Source: Nitrososphaeria archaeon (lineage in GTDB: Archaea > Thermoproteota > Nitrososphaeria > JACIWG01). From it: a stretch of DNA of 64,000 bases. How positions within the stretch are numbered: the first letter of the stretch is position 1; each line of letters opens with the position of its first letter. Of the stretch, positions 20,542 through 28,898 are shown one piece after another. The position numbers and the translations under genes are program-made. The DNA lies in contig CAVVXT010000014.1 in assembly GCA_963752255.1 (NCBI GenBank), positions 96,001 through 160,000 of the forward strand, written 5' to 3'. The notes under the pieces were generated by a model, which ran no database searches, was not told the origin of the DNA, and saw only the letters and a program-made list of their open reading frames with translations.

Positions 20542-21363
20542 TTAGCCGAAATATGTAGGTTCTCTTTCTTGATGACTTTGACTTTGGCTCTCCATGATGT
20601 CGTCGGATTGAGATTGATCTGTCGACTCGGTTTCAAGCTCAACTTTGAAGGACTCAGCCTTTTCCTTTAGGTCCTTTAGGTCAAGTTTTAAACCGATAAG
20701 CTGTGAAATCTTGTTAAGTATAACGTAAGTAGCTTTAGGATACAGTCCCTTAACGTAAACTGGGACCACACACCAGAGACTTACCACATCGATTTTCTTC
20801 TCCCCACCCTTCCAGAGCAACTCACTGTACACACTTGTGGGGCCCTCATAGTCTGTAAGTTCGAATCCAGCCTTTTCAAGTTCGGGAAGGAGCCCCTTAT
20901 TATTTGTTGAAGATGTTATCGGAGTTTCAACGCCCTGTGGGATATCTGCAAGATATCCTCCTATTGTATAAATCCTCTTTACATTCATTTCCTCAGCTAG
21001 CCTGAGAACGTTTTCCGTGTACTTCGACCAATTTAGGTGCGGTTCAAATCCAATTAGCAGTACCAAATCTCCTCCTCTTTCCTTATTTCTCCAATAGAAG
21101 AGGTCATTTCTGGGTTGAACGTATGACTTTATCAAGCCCTTCTGTGTCAAAACAATCGGTCTCTGAATCCAGTAATCATTAAACTTATCATGTGCAATCT
21201 CACCAAATTTCTTGGCGCCCAGCTTATCCACTAAATATTTAACAGTAAAAGTTGAAGTTTCCCCCGCATTCCCCCATCCATTCAAACCTATGATCATGTT
21301 AGCTTGTCGAGGACTAACCTTCTTATCTATCTTAATATCATCGTCCATGATATTCTCCATCAT
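20542..21363 (-). CDS. PAC2/PbaA-B family proteasome-assembly-chaperone-like protein
   Basis: GLNGWGNAG, EPHLNW, YTIGG, YEGPTS and VPVY motifs; acidic tail ending TYFG. Confidence 0.85.
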   Translation of the reverse strand: MMENIMDDDIKIDKKVSPRQANMIIGLNGWGNAGETSTFTVKYLVDKLGAKKFGEIAHDKFNDYWIQRPIVLTQKGLIKSYVQPRNDLFYWRNKERGGDLVLLIGFEPHLNWSKYTENVLRLAEEMNVKRIYTIGGYLADIPQGVETPITSSTNNKGLLPELEKAGFELTDYEGPTSVYSELLWKGGEKKIDVVSLWCVVPVYVKGLYPKATYVILNKISQLIGLKLDLKDLKEKAESFKVELETESTDQSQSDDIMESQSQSHQEREPTYFG

Positions 21364-21652
21364 CGGCGTTAGGGAAGGAATTAAGGGTATCTATACGTTT
21401 TAGATGTCAATCTTGAGCTGTCAAAAATAATGATTTCAGTAAATATTTCAAAGTATTTTAAGTAAACGAACAAATTAAAAAATTCGATTTCCGGCTGAAG
21501 CACCTGGAAGATGAGTGCTCTTAAGAAGGGTGCAGAAGTCGAATGATATCTGGGAGTTCTTCTGAACATGATGTGCTTTCATAAATTGCTTCGATGATTG
21601 GCAAGAGTGTACAAAAATTTTATATTAGTCAGATTTCCCTTGCACCTATGAC

Positions 21653-21727
21653 GGGTCCATAGCTCAGTTTGGTTAGAGCGTTCGGCTGATAACCGAAAGG
21701 TCGCCAGTTCAAATCCGGCTGGACCCA
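21653..21727 (+). tRNA. tRNA-Ile(GAT)
   Basis: GGGTCCA/TGGACCC-A, TTCGG CT-GAT-AA CCGAA. Confidence 0.96.
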
Positions 21728-22088
21728 CTAGAAGACACACTTTCTCCTCAAAAGGCACCCCATTCTGCGCTATTAAGCACTGGAATACTATCATCTAAAT
21801 CTTCACTTCTAAAAACTATTTACCTACCCCTCTTTTCCGCAAATTCGATGAAAGAGTATTGAACAGCATTAATTCAGGTTATGTTTTTAGCTCTCGAACC
21901 TAACGTGGCAGTCCAATTCCCTTCCAACATTTTTACCTTAAAAGAAGACCTCAAAAGTGCTAGTCGATATTCACTTTAACATTAATAGTATTGAATTATT
22001 ATCGAATTTAGTTTCTTAACATATAGTTTCAAACTTTTTAAGAACAAAGATTTATGTATAAATATGATAAACAGATTACCTAAAATGT

Positions 22089-22187
22089 GGGCCGATAGTT
22101 CAGGGGTAGAATGCACGGTTAAAAACTTCCAAAGAAGTTTTCCGGACTGCATCCGTGAGGTCGCGGGTTCAAATCCCGCTCGGTCCA
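22089..22187 (+). tRNA. tRNA-Ala(TGC) with a 27-nt intron at 33/34 (22121-22147)
   Basis: G3:U70 acceptor (GGGCCGA/TCGGTCC-A); removing the intron gives CACGG TT-TGC-AT CCGTG; BHB present. Confidence 0.9.
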
Positions 22188-22290
22188 CTTCCTCATAAGA
22201 CATTAATCCGTATGTTGAACCTTTTTTCTATAAAATTTAATGTAATTATATAAAGCTGTCATAGAGTCTTCTATCTGCGGGCCCCTTTCT

Positions 22291-22725
22291 ATGATATCAG
22301 TCTATATCGATGGCTTATGTAAACCGGTTAATCCTAATGGTGTTGCGACTTATGGATTCGTAGTATATGAAGATGGCAAGAAGGTATCACAGAAGTATGA
22401 TGTAGTGGGGGAGGGTGAAGGCATGTCCAATAATCTGGCTGAATACGCAGCTCTATGTAATGCGTTAAAACTTCTTATTGCATTGAATTTGAACAGAGAA
22501 AAGATACTGGTCAAATCGGATTCAAAGCTCTTAGTTAACCAGATGAATGGGCTATGGAAACACAATAAGGGTTACTACACTTCCAAATATAATGAATCAA
22601 AGGAAATAGTTAAACTGTTTAGGGATATACTTTTTAGTTGGATTCCAAGGGAGAAGAACGAAGAAGCTGACTCCCTTAGCGTGAAGGCGTATGAAGAATA
22701 TAGCATTAGACAAAATATGTGTTAA
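22291..22725 (+). CDS. rnhA: Ribonuclease HI
   Basis: YIDG, NNLAEY, SDSKLLVNQM and WIPREKNEEAD motifs. Confidence 0.92.
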   Translation: MISVYIDGLCKPVNPNGVATYGFVVYEDGKKVSQKYDVVGEGEGMSNNLAEYAALCNALKLLIALNLNREKILVKSDSKLLVNQMNGLWKHNKGYYTSKYNESKEIVKLFRDILFSWIPREKNEEADSLSVKAYEEYSIRQNMC

Positions 22726-22776
22726 AAAACAATAAATGTTATAAGAAGCTCGACAAAATAACAGTTTGGATCCTAT

Positions 22777-25389
22777 TTGGAAACTATGCCCAAAAAGATC
22801 GTGAAAAGGGACGGTAGAGTAGTAGACTTTGATAAGAGGAGGATTGAGGATGCGATACGAAAAGCTATGGTGGGCGTGAACCGTTACGACACTGATACCC
22901 TTTCGAAGGTGATGGACTATGTTATTGGCGCTATTAATAGAAAATATTCTGGCGAAGTCCTGCCCCATGTTGAAGATGTGCAGGACATAGTAGAATTCGC
23001 GCTCGTCAAATACGATCTCTATGAAGTCGCCAAAGCCTACATCCTCTACAGGAAAGAGAGGGAGAGGATTAGGGAGGAGAAGATGATAATTCTCGAGAAA
23101 GACTATGTCGACGAAGTCGACAAGGCTTTTTCCTTGAACGCGATCAGGCTTATGGCCTCAAGATATCTCCTTAAAAACGAAAAGGGAAGGCTTGTCGAAG
23201 GGCCAAAGCAGGTCTTCCAAAGGATCGCAGTTCTTGTCGCAATACCCGACATTCTCTACGATCGGGAAGTCTTCGACAAGGAGAGTGGCCAACCTAAGCG
23301 TACAATAGAAGATTTTGACGTAGTTGCATGGGCTGGTAAGATTTCGATAGGGAATTTCAAATTAAATGAGCACCACCTTAAGAGAATGAAACTGCTCTAT
23401 GACGAGCTTAATCTTCAGGGTAAGATGAAAATAAGCTGGAGCGAGCTATGGAACAAGGTGTCCAAGGGTTTATTTAATAAATATGGTGAAAAAGCTGGCT
23501 CTTACTATAACCTTATAGTCGAAAAGAAGTTTTTGCCGAACTCACCGACATTGTTCAACGCAGGGGCGAGGCTCTCTCAACTTTCTGCCTGTTTCGTCTT
23601 AGACATCGAAGACAGTATGGTATCCATTATGGACGTTGCGAAGGAAGCCGCCATCATATTTCAAGGAGGAGGTGGTATTGGTATTAACTACAGCAGCTTA
23701 AGACCGGAGGGGGATGCTGTCCTCTCAACAGGTGGAATAGCAAGTGGACCCGTATCATTCATGAAAATAATAGACGTGATCACAGATGTAATCAAACAGG
23801 GTGGCAAAAGAAGGGGAGCGAACATGGGCATCCTAGAATCATGGCATCCTGATTTAGAAAAGTTCATTAATGCAAAGAATTCTGAGGGCATATTCTCAAA
23901 CTTCAACATATCCGTTATGATTACAGAAGATTTCTGGAAGTCTTACAACCAAGGAAGGCCTTATCCTCTTGTCAACCCAAGGGATAAAAATGTGTGGAAG
24001 GAAGTGGAATCTAAAAGTATTTTTAAACAAATGGCTGCAAACGCTTGGAAAACAGGTGATCCAGGTGCGCTCTTCAAAGACCACATTAATAAAAGAAACA
24101 TTCTGAAAAGCGCGCTTGGAGAAATAAATTCCACAAATCCTTGTGGTGAAGAACCGCTCTATCCTTATGAATCGTGCAATCTGGGTTCGATAAACCTTTA
24201 CGAATTCGTAAGATTTGGAGCGAAAGACGAAAAAGCGTTGTTCGACTGGGAAGGTCTGAGAAAAGCTGTTCAATTAGCCGTAAATTTTCTCGATAACATC
24301 ATAGACGTCAATAATTTTCCATTAGCAAGCATAGAGGTCGCCACAAAAGCTTCTAGGAAGATAGGGTTAGGTGTGATGGGTCTTGCCGACGCACTCTACG
24401 CTCTAAAAATAGTTTACAACAGCGAGGAAGGCTTCGCGTTTATGCGTAACGTCATGGAATACATCACATATTATGCTATGGAAGCTTCAGCGGCGCAGGC
24501 TTCTGAAAGAGGTCCTTTCCTACTGTACAGCCGATCTGCATACCCAAAAGGCGATATGCCCTTTGAAGGATTCTATCACAGGGAATGGTGGACGCAGGAT
24601 TGGGAAAAGCTGGCCAAATTTATTAAAGAAAACGGAATGAGAAACTCCGAAGTTACGACTATAGCTCCCACAGGCTCGATTTCGATGTTATTCGACATAT
24701 CATCTGGGGTAGAACCTCAGTATGCACTAGTTTATCAAAAGAAAGTTAGCGTTGGGCAGTTCTTTTATGTTGACCAAGAACTGGAAAGGCGGTTAAAGGA
24801 AATTAACGTCTTAGAAGACGAAATTCTCAAGAAGATATCCGATAATGGTGGGAGCCTGCAAGGTGTAAAGGATGTCCCAGATGATATTAGGAAAGTCTTC
24901 TTAGTAGCGTATGATGTTCCTTGGTGGGATCATCTAAGAGCGCAAGCTGAAATCTCGAAGTGGGTCTGTGCTGCTGTAAGCAAGACGATAAACATGCCGA
25001 ATTGGGTTTCTGCAGAAGACGTTGAGAAGGCATACCTCTTTGCCTACAAACTTGGTGTAAAAGGTGTGACCATATATAGGGACAGTTCCAAGAACGAGCA
25101 GGTTCTAATGACTCCAACACAGAAGGCAGGGGGGTACGTGGCAGGTGTTGAAAACATGACGCTAGATATGATGAAATCTATGGAGATATCTCTTCCAAAG
25201 ATCGAAGTAGCAACTGGAAAAAAACAAGAGGATCAGCAGTTCTTCTTGAAGCTACCCGACAGGTTCCAGAAGGTTGTGGGAACAGAAAAGTTCGAGAAAT
25301 GCCCAGAATGTGGCAGTAGAAACTTAGCCTACGGTGAAAAGTGTGCAAGGTGCCTAGAATGTGGGTGGGTGTCATGCTACATCGCGTAA
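22777..25389 (+). CDS. nrdJ: Class II (adenosylcobalamin) ribonucleotide reductase with ATP-cone; no intein
   Basis: VKRDG ATP-cone, PNSPTLFN, QLSACF, NPCGE, CNLGS, IAPTG, SKTIN and a C-terminal Zn-ribbon. Confidence 0.96.
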   Translation: METMPKKIVKRDGRVVDFDKRRIEDAIRKAMVGVNRYDTDTLSKVMDYVIGAINRKYSGEVLPHVEDVQDIVEFALVKYDLYEVAKAYILYRKERERIREEKMIILEKDYVDEVDKAFSLNAIRLMASRYLLKNEKGRLVEGPKQVFQRIAVLVAIPDILYDREVFDKESGQPKRTIEDFDVVAWAGKISIGNFKLNEHHLKRMKLLYDELNLQGKMKISWSELWNKVSKGLFNKYGEKAGSYYNLIVEKKFLPNSPTLFNAGARLSQLSACFVLDIEDSMVSIMDVAKEAAIIFQGGGGIGINYSSLRPEGDAVLSTGGIASGPVSFMKIIDVITDVIKQGGKRRGANMGILESWHPDLEKFINAKNSEGIFSNFNISVMITEDFWKSYNQGRPYPLVNPRDKNVWKEVESKSIFKQMAANAWKTGDPGALFKDHINKRNILKSALGEINSTNPCGEEPLYPYESCNLGSINLYEFVRFGAKDEKALFDWEGLRKAVQLAVNFLDNIIDVNNFPLASIEVATKASRKIGLGVMGLADALYALKIVYNSEEGFAFMRNVMEYITYYAMEASAAQASERGPFLLYSRSAYPKGDMPFEGFYHREWWTQDWEKLAKFIKENGMRNSEVTTIAPTGSISMLFDISSGVEPQYALVYQKKVSVGQFFYVDQELERRLKEINVLEDEILKKISDNGGSLQGVKDVPDDIRKVFLVAYDVPWWDHLRAQAEISKWVCAAVSKTINMPNWVSAEDVEKAYLFAYKLGVKGVTIYRDSSKNEQVLMTPTQKAGGYVAGVENMTLDMMKSMEISLPKIEVATGKKQEDQQFFLKLPDRFQKVVGTEKFEKCPECGSRNLAYGEKCARCLECGWVSCYIA

Positions 25390-25707
25390 TCTTAACAAAT
25401 TTTACAATATTTTTTTGGAAACAAACTTTTTCCAAAAAATCTGCAATGATTAACTATTAAGATTATGACATTAGGCCCTCCTTTCTAAGACTCTTTTCGC
25501 GTAATCCAACTTCTTTGAAAAGGAACATTTAGAGATTCGTGACATATTTTTTCTAACGCTTTATGTCATCATATCAGATAAGTGGAAATTTGTAACTATC
25601 TTCATTAATTTATGAATAACAATAATTTACATAATTTTCCCTTATTATGTTCCCTAATTTTTTAAAGAATGGAGTGGGAATAATCCAATTATCTTTAAGA
25701 TTCATTT

Positions 25708-26286
25708 TTATTGCTCCAGCTCATCGATTGTAATTTTAATGGCGCCTTTTGAAATCATTTCTTCAATCGCCCTTTGACTGTCTCCTGGGTTAACTTCTAC
25801 GCCTTTGATCGCATCGACTAAGAGATGGACTTTATATCCCATAGCTAGGCCATCAATTACTGTATTCTTGACGCAGTAATCGGTTGTCAATCCAGCTACA
25901 AATAGTTCTTTAATAGCATTCTTCCGTAACAAAGCATCCAAGCCGGTACCTTGGAAGACTGAGTACGCTTCCTTTTCCAGATTGTCAGCTTTAGAAATAA
26001 CTCGTACCTTCTTCGGAAGCCTTAGATTGGGATGAAATTCCGCACCCTTGGTGTTCTGTACGCAATGTTCAGGCCACATCCCGCCTCGCGACTTGAAAGA
26101 AATGTGATTTTTAGGGTGCCAGTCTCTAGAGGCAATTACAAGGGAGTTCGCTTTTTCGAACCTTTCGATATACCGGTTTACGGTCGGAATTATCTTGTCA
26201 CCTTCTGACACTGGAAGGGCTCCGCCTGGGCAAAAGTCGTTTTGGATGTCTGTAACTATTAATGCAGAATTCTTTAACACACGCAA
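25708..26286 (-). CDS. pncA: Nicotinamidase/pyrazinamidase
   Basis: DIQNDFCPGGAL, DWHP..H, WPEHCV and TDYCV motifs. Confidence 0.94.
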   Translation of the reverse strand: MRVLKNSALIVTDIQNDFCPGGALPVSEGDKIIPTVNRYIERFEKANSLVIASRDWHPKNHISFKSRGGMWPEHCVQNTKGAEFHPNLRLPKKVRVISKADNLEKEAYSVFQGTGLDALLRKNAIKELFVAGLTTDYCVKNTVIDGLAMGYKVHLLVDAIKGVEVNPGDSQRAIEEMISKGAIKITIDELEQ

Positions 26287-26441
26287 GAAAACACCTGATA
26301 AAAAAGGGTTCGGAAAGCATTAAACTTTTCTCTTTAGTCCTTATTTTTTAACTATTTTTATCTATGGTTCATTTTCAGACGGTCACCTTTAATCTAAAAA
26401 GTTATTTGTAAAATTAATCGCAAAAGTTAAAGGTAGTTAAC

Positions 26442-26681
26442 GTGGATAACAGTATGCCGGGGTTCTACTTTATGGGGAAAGTGTTTAAACCAGAGGATGT
26501 AGTTAAGCGGAAAAAGGTAATCGAACAGGCTGTTCGGGACTTAGTTCCAGAGATCGGAGAGCCGGTAAAACAGATACTGGAGTCTTGGAAAGGTAAGGAA
26601 TCTGAAAGTAAGCTCATAAGGCTTTTAGGAGAGCAGCAAGCGAGACAAATTTTAAAGAAGGCTAAGGTAGAGGACAGATAA
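26442..26681 (+). CDS. Small hypothetical protein
   Basis: Coding-like charged helical 79-aa ORF isolated in AT-rich DNA. Confidence 0.55.
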   Translation: MDNSMPGFYFMGKVFKPEDVVKRKKVIEQAVRDLVPEIGEPVKQILESWKGKESESKLIRLLGEQQARQILKKAKVEDR

Positions 26682-26779
26682 GGCATCTCATTTTATACTC
26701 TTATCTTTCGCTTCATTTAATGTTCAGGAATTAATAGAAGTTTATTATATCAACAAAATAGCAGGTATTCGACCTAGGT

Positions 26780-27451
26780 TTAAGCGTGTGTTTCTGTCTC
26801 TTCCCTACTTTTTTTTAACAGTCTTATGACTTCTCCATCAGTGGTTTGTGAGAAGTCCACGTAGAATTGTCCTATAGCGTAAAAGAATTCCGGGGTGGAG
26901 AGGCAGATAACTCTATCAGCCTCCTTTTCCAGCTCCTTCACCGTTGATCGTGGGGCTACGGGAACAGCTACAACAACCGATTTAGGTTTTTTCTTGCGGA
27001 TCGAAGCAATAGCCGCCTTTACTGTTGAACCAGTGGCTATACCATCGTCTACAATTATGATAACATGATCTTGCAACATGGGATAAGGCGTTTCCCCTCT
27101 GTAGAGTTTTAGCCTGCGTCTAATCTCAGTGATCTGTCTTCTGCTCTCCTCCTCTATGTATGATTTAGAAATGTTCATGTACATGACAGCTGATTCATCC
27201 AAGCTTAAACTTCCATCTTCTGCAACGGCTCCTATAGCTAGCTCTGAGTTGTCGGGGGCTCCAATTTTCCTCGGGACTATTATGTCTAAGGGGGCTTTTA
27301 ATTCGTGAGCAACCTGGTAGCCTATTACAACACCGCCTCTCGGTATAGCGAGAACTATCGTGTCTTTATTTGAGTACTCAGTTAATTTTAGCGCTAGCAT
27401 TTTTCCCGCTTCCTCTCTGTCTTGGAAAGGCAGTTTTACAATTCCGTTCAT
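26780..27451 (-). CDS. Type I phosphoribosyltransferase (Rv0571c/Rv2030c N-domain-like)
   Basis: FQDREEAG, PRGG, RKIGAP, IVDDGIATGST and FYAIGQFY motifs. Confidence 0.92.
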   Translation of the reverse strand: MNGIVKLPFQDREEAGKMLALKLTEYSNKDTIVLAIPRGGVVIGYQVAHELKAPLDIIVPRKIGAPDNSELAIGAVAEDGSLSLDESAVMYMNISKSYIEEESRRQITEIRRRLKLYRGETPYPMLQDHVIIIVDDGIATGSTVKAAIASIRKKKPKSVVVAVPVAPRSTVKELEKEADRVICLSTPEFFYAIGQFYVDFSQTTDGEVIRLLKKSREETETHA

Positions 27452-27570
27452 GATTCTCTACCATACCTCCTTCATGGTTAAATATGGTATCCGATTTCCT
27501 AGACTATAAAGTCTTCACTAGATGCTTTTAACTTTGTTTTTTGCGAAAAATTCATCTCTTAAAATCTACA

Positions 27571-28269
27571 TTAGCTTAGAGTGTAACAGTTACCCTTACC
27601 TGTTGTACGCATCAGATATCTGTTGAACCAGGCAGTTGCGAGTTTAGCTACTTCTTCAAGAGCTCCAGGCTCTTCAAATAAGTGTGAAGCGCCGGGAACA
27701 ACCTCAATCTTCTTCACCGCATGAAGGTATTTTAAAGCCTGCTCGTTCATCTTGATCACCGGAACATCATTTCCTCCCACGATTAAGAGGGTGGGTGCCT
27801 CAACCTTTGGAATGTAATTTATTGCAAGATCAGGACGGCCTCCTCGAGAAACAATCGCTTGGACGTTGTTCGGATTCTTTGCTGCCGCAATAATTGCTGC
27901 AGCCGCACCAGTGCTCGCTCCAAAGTAACCTATAGCAAGATTTCTGGTTTCCACGTTTCCTCTGACCCATTCTGTCGCATGTAGAAGTCGATTTGAGAGC
28001 ATTTCCGTGTCAAATCTGAACTCCGCAGTCAGCATATCGATTCGCTCTTCGTCCTTTGTCAGAAGGTCCATTAACAAGGTAGCGAACCGTTCCCTTTGGA
28101 GAACGCTGGCAACGTATCTGTTCCTTGGGCTAAATCTACTGCTCCCGCTTCCGTGGGCAAATAGTACGACCCCCTTTGCACCTTCAGGTGCCACAAGGCT
28201 GCCTTCTATGGTTACGTCATCCGCTTGAATTATCACATCAGCTTCTCCCTTTTCTCTAGACGTCTTCAT
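27571..28269 (-). CDS. Alpha/beta hydrolase, dienelactone hydrolase family
   Basis: HGSGSSRFSPRN, GASTG nucleophile elbow, SRGGRPDL and HLFEEPG motifs; start MKTSRE at 28269. Confidence 0.9.
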   Translation of the reverse strand: MKTSREKGEADVIIQADDVTIEGSLVAPEGAKGVVLFAHGSGSSRFSPRNRYVASVLQRERFATLLMDLLTKDEERIDMLTAEFRFDTEMLSNRLLHATEWVRGNVETRNLAIGYFGASTGAAAAIIAAAKNPNNVQAIVSRGGRPDLAINYIPKVEAPTLLIVGGNDVPVIKMNEQALKYLHAVKKIEVVPGASHLFEEPGALEEVAKLATAWFNRYLMRTTGKGNCYTLS

Positions 28270-28455
28270 TTCTTCTCCACCATCCAACCGAACAATTAGG
28301 TCTTTGCTGAAGACCTTTGAAATTAAAACCGGCAAGAAATGCTTTAAAAATTTTTCATCTCCTTCAACATAACGATGATTATTGATTATATTTTTTGCCC
28401 TCTAAAAAAACTTTGCACTATCTCCTTTCCTCTATTACTCGCAAATTACGCCTAC

Positions 28456-28746
28456 TTATAGTACAGCCGACTTTTTACTCTCTATGTCGATCTTCTTATC
28501 CCTTCTTTCATCTATTCTGATTGTTGTGTACACTCGCTTTGCGCCCATTTCGAACAGTGCCTCCTTAGTCCTTTCAAAAGCTTTAAAGATTTGTTCAGTT
28601 GATTGGGCTTCGATACTTGTAGACATGGCTCCAACCTCAACCTTAAGCCCTGACTTCTTCAATTCTCCTACTGCTCTTTTAACATACTTGCTTAGGCTTG
28701 TACCCTCGCCAACTGGCATAATCGCTATATCTGCTACAACGGTCAT
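28456..28746 (-). CDS. MTH1187/YkoF-like thiamine-binding protein
   Basis: P.G.GTSLSKYV, GAMSTSIE and RVYTTIRIDERRDK motifs. Confidence 0.88.
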   Translation of the reverse strand: MTVVADIAIMPVGEGTSLSKYVKRAVGELKKSGLKVEVGAMSTSIEAQSTEQIFKAFERTKEALFEMGAKRVYTTIRIDERRDKKIDIESKKSAVL

Positions 28747-28898
28747 ATCTAGTCAGTGACTAGTTTGCCAGTGAAAAATTTAAATCTTTCTCTTAAATCT
28801 GTGCGCATTGGTATAGGCGAATTCGTAAATAGCATTCTAGAAATGTTGTTGTCAATTCACCTCAAAAGTTGAAATTTTTAAAAATAATGGTGTTCACG

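Noticed and set aside
21508-21565. AAGATGA...CAGA...ATGATA...CTGA, C/D-like
   Set aside because: Three of four boxes are degenerate and the spacing is irregular; as likely a coding relic
22777-25389. Intein in the RNR
   Set aside because: Usual insertion sites such as NPCGE are uninterrupted and no intein termini are visible
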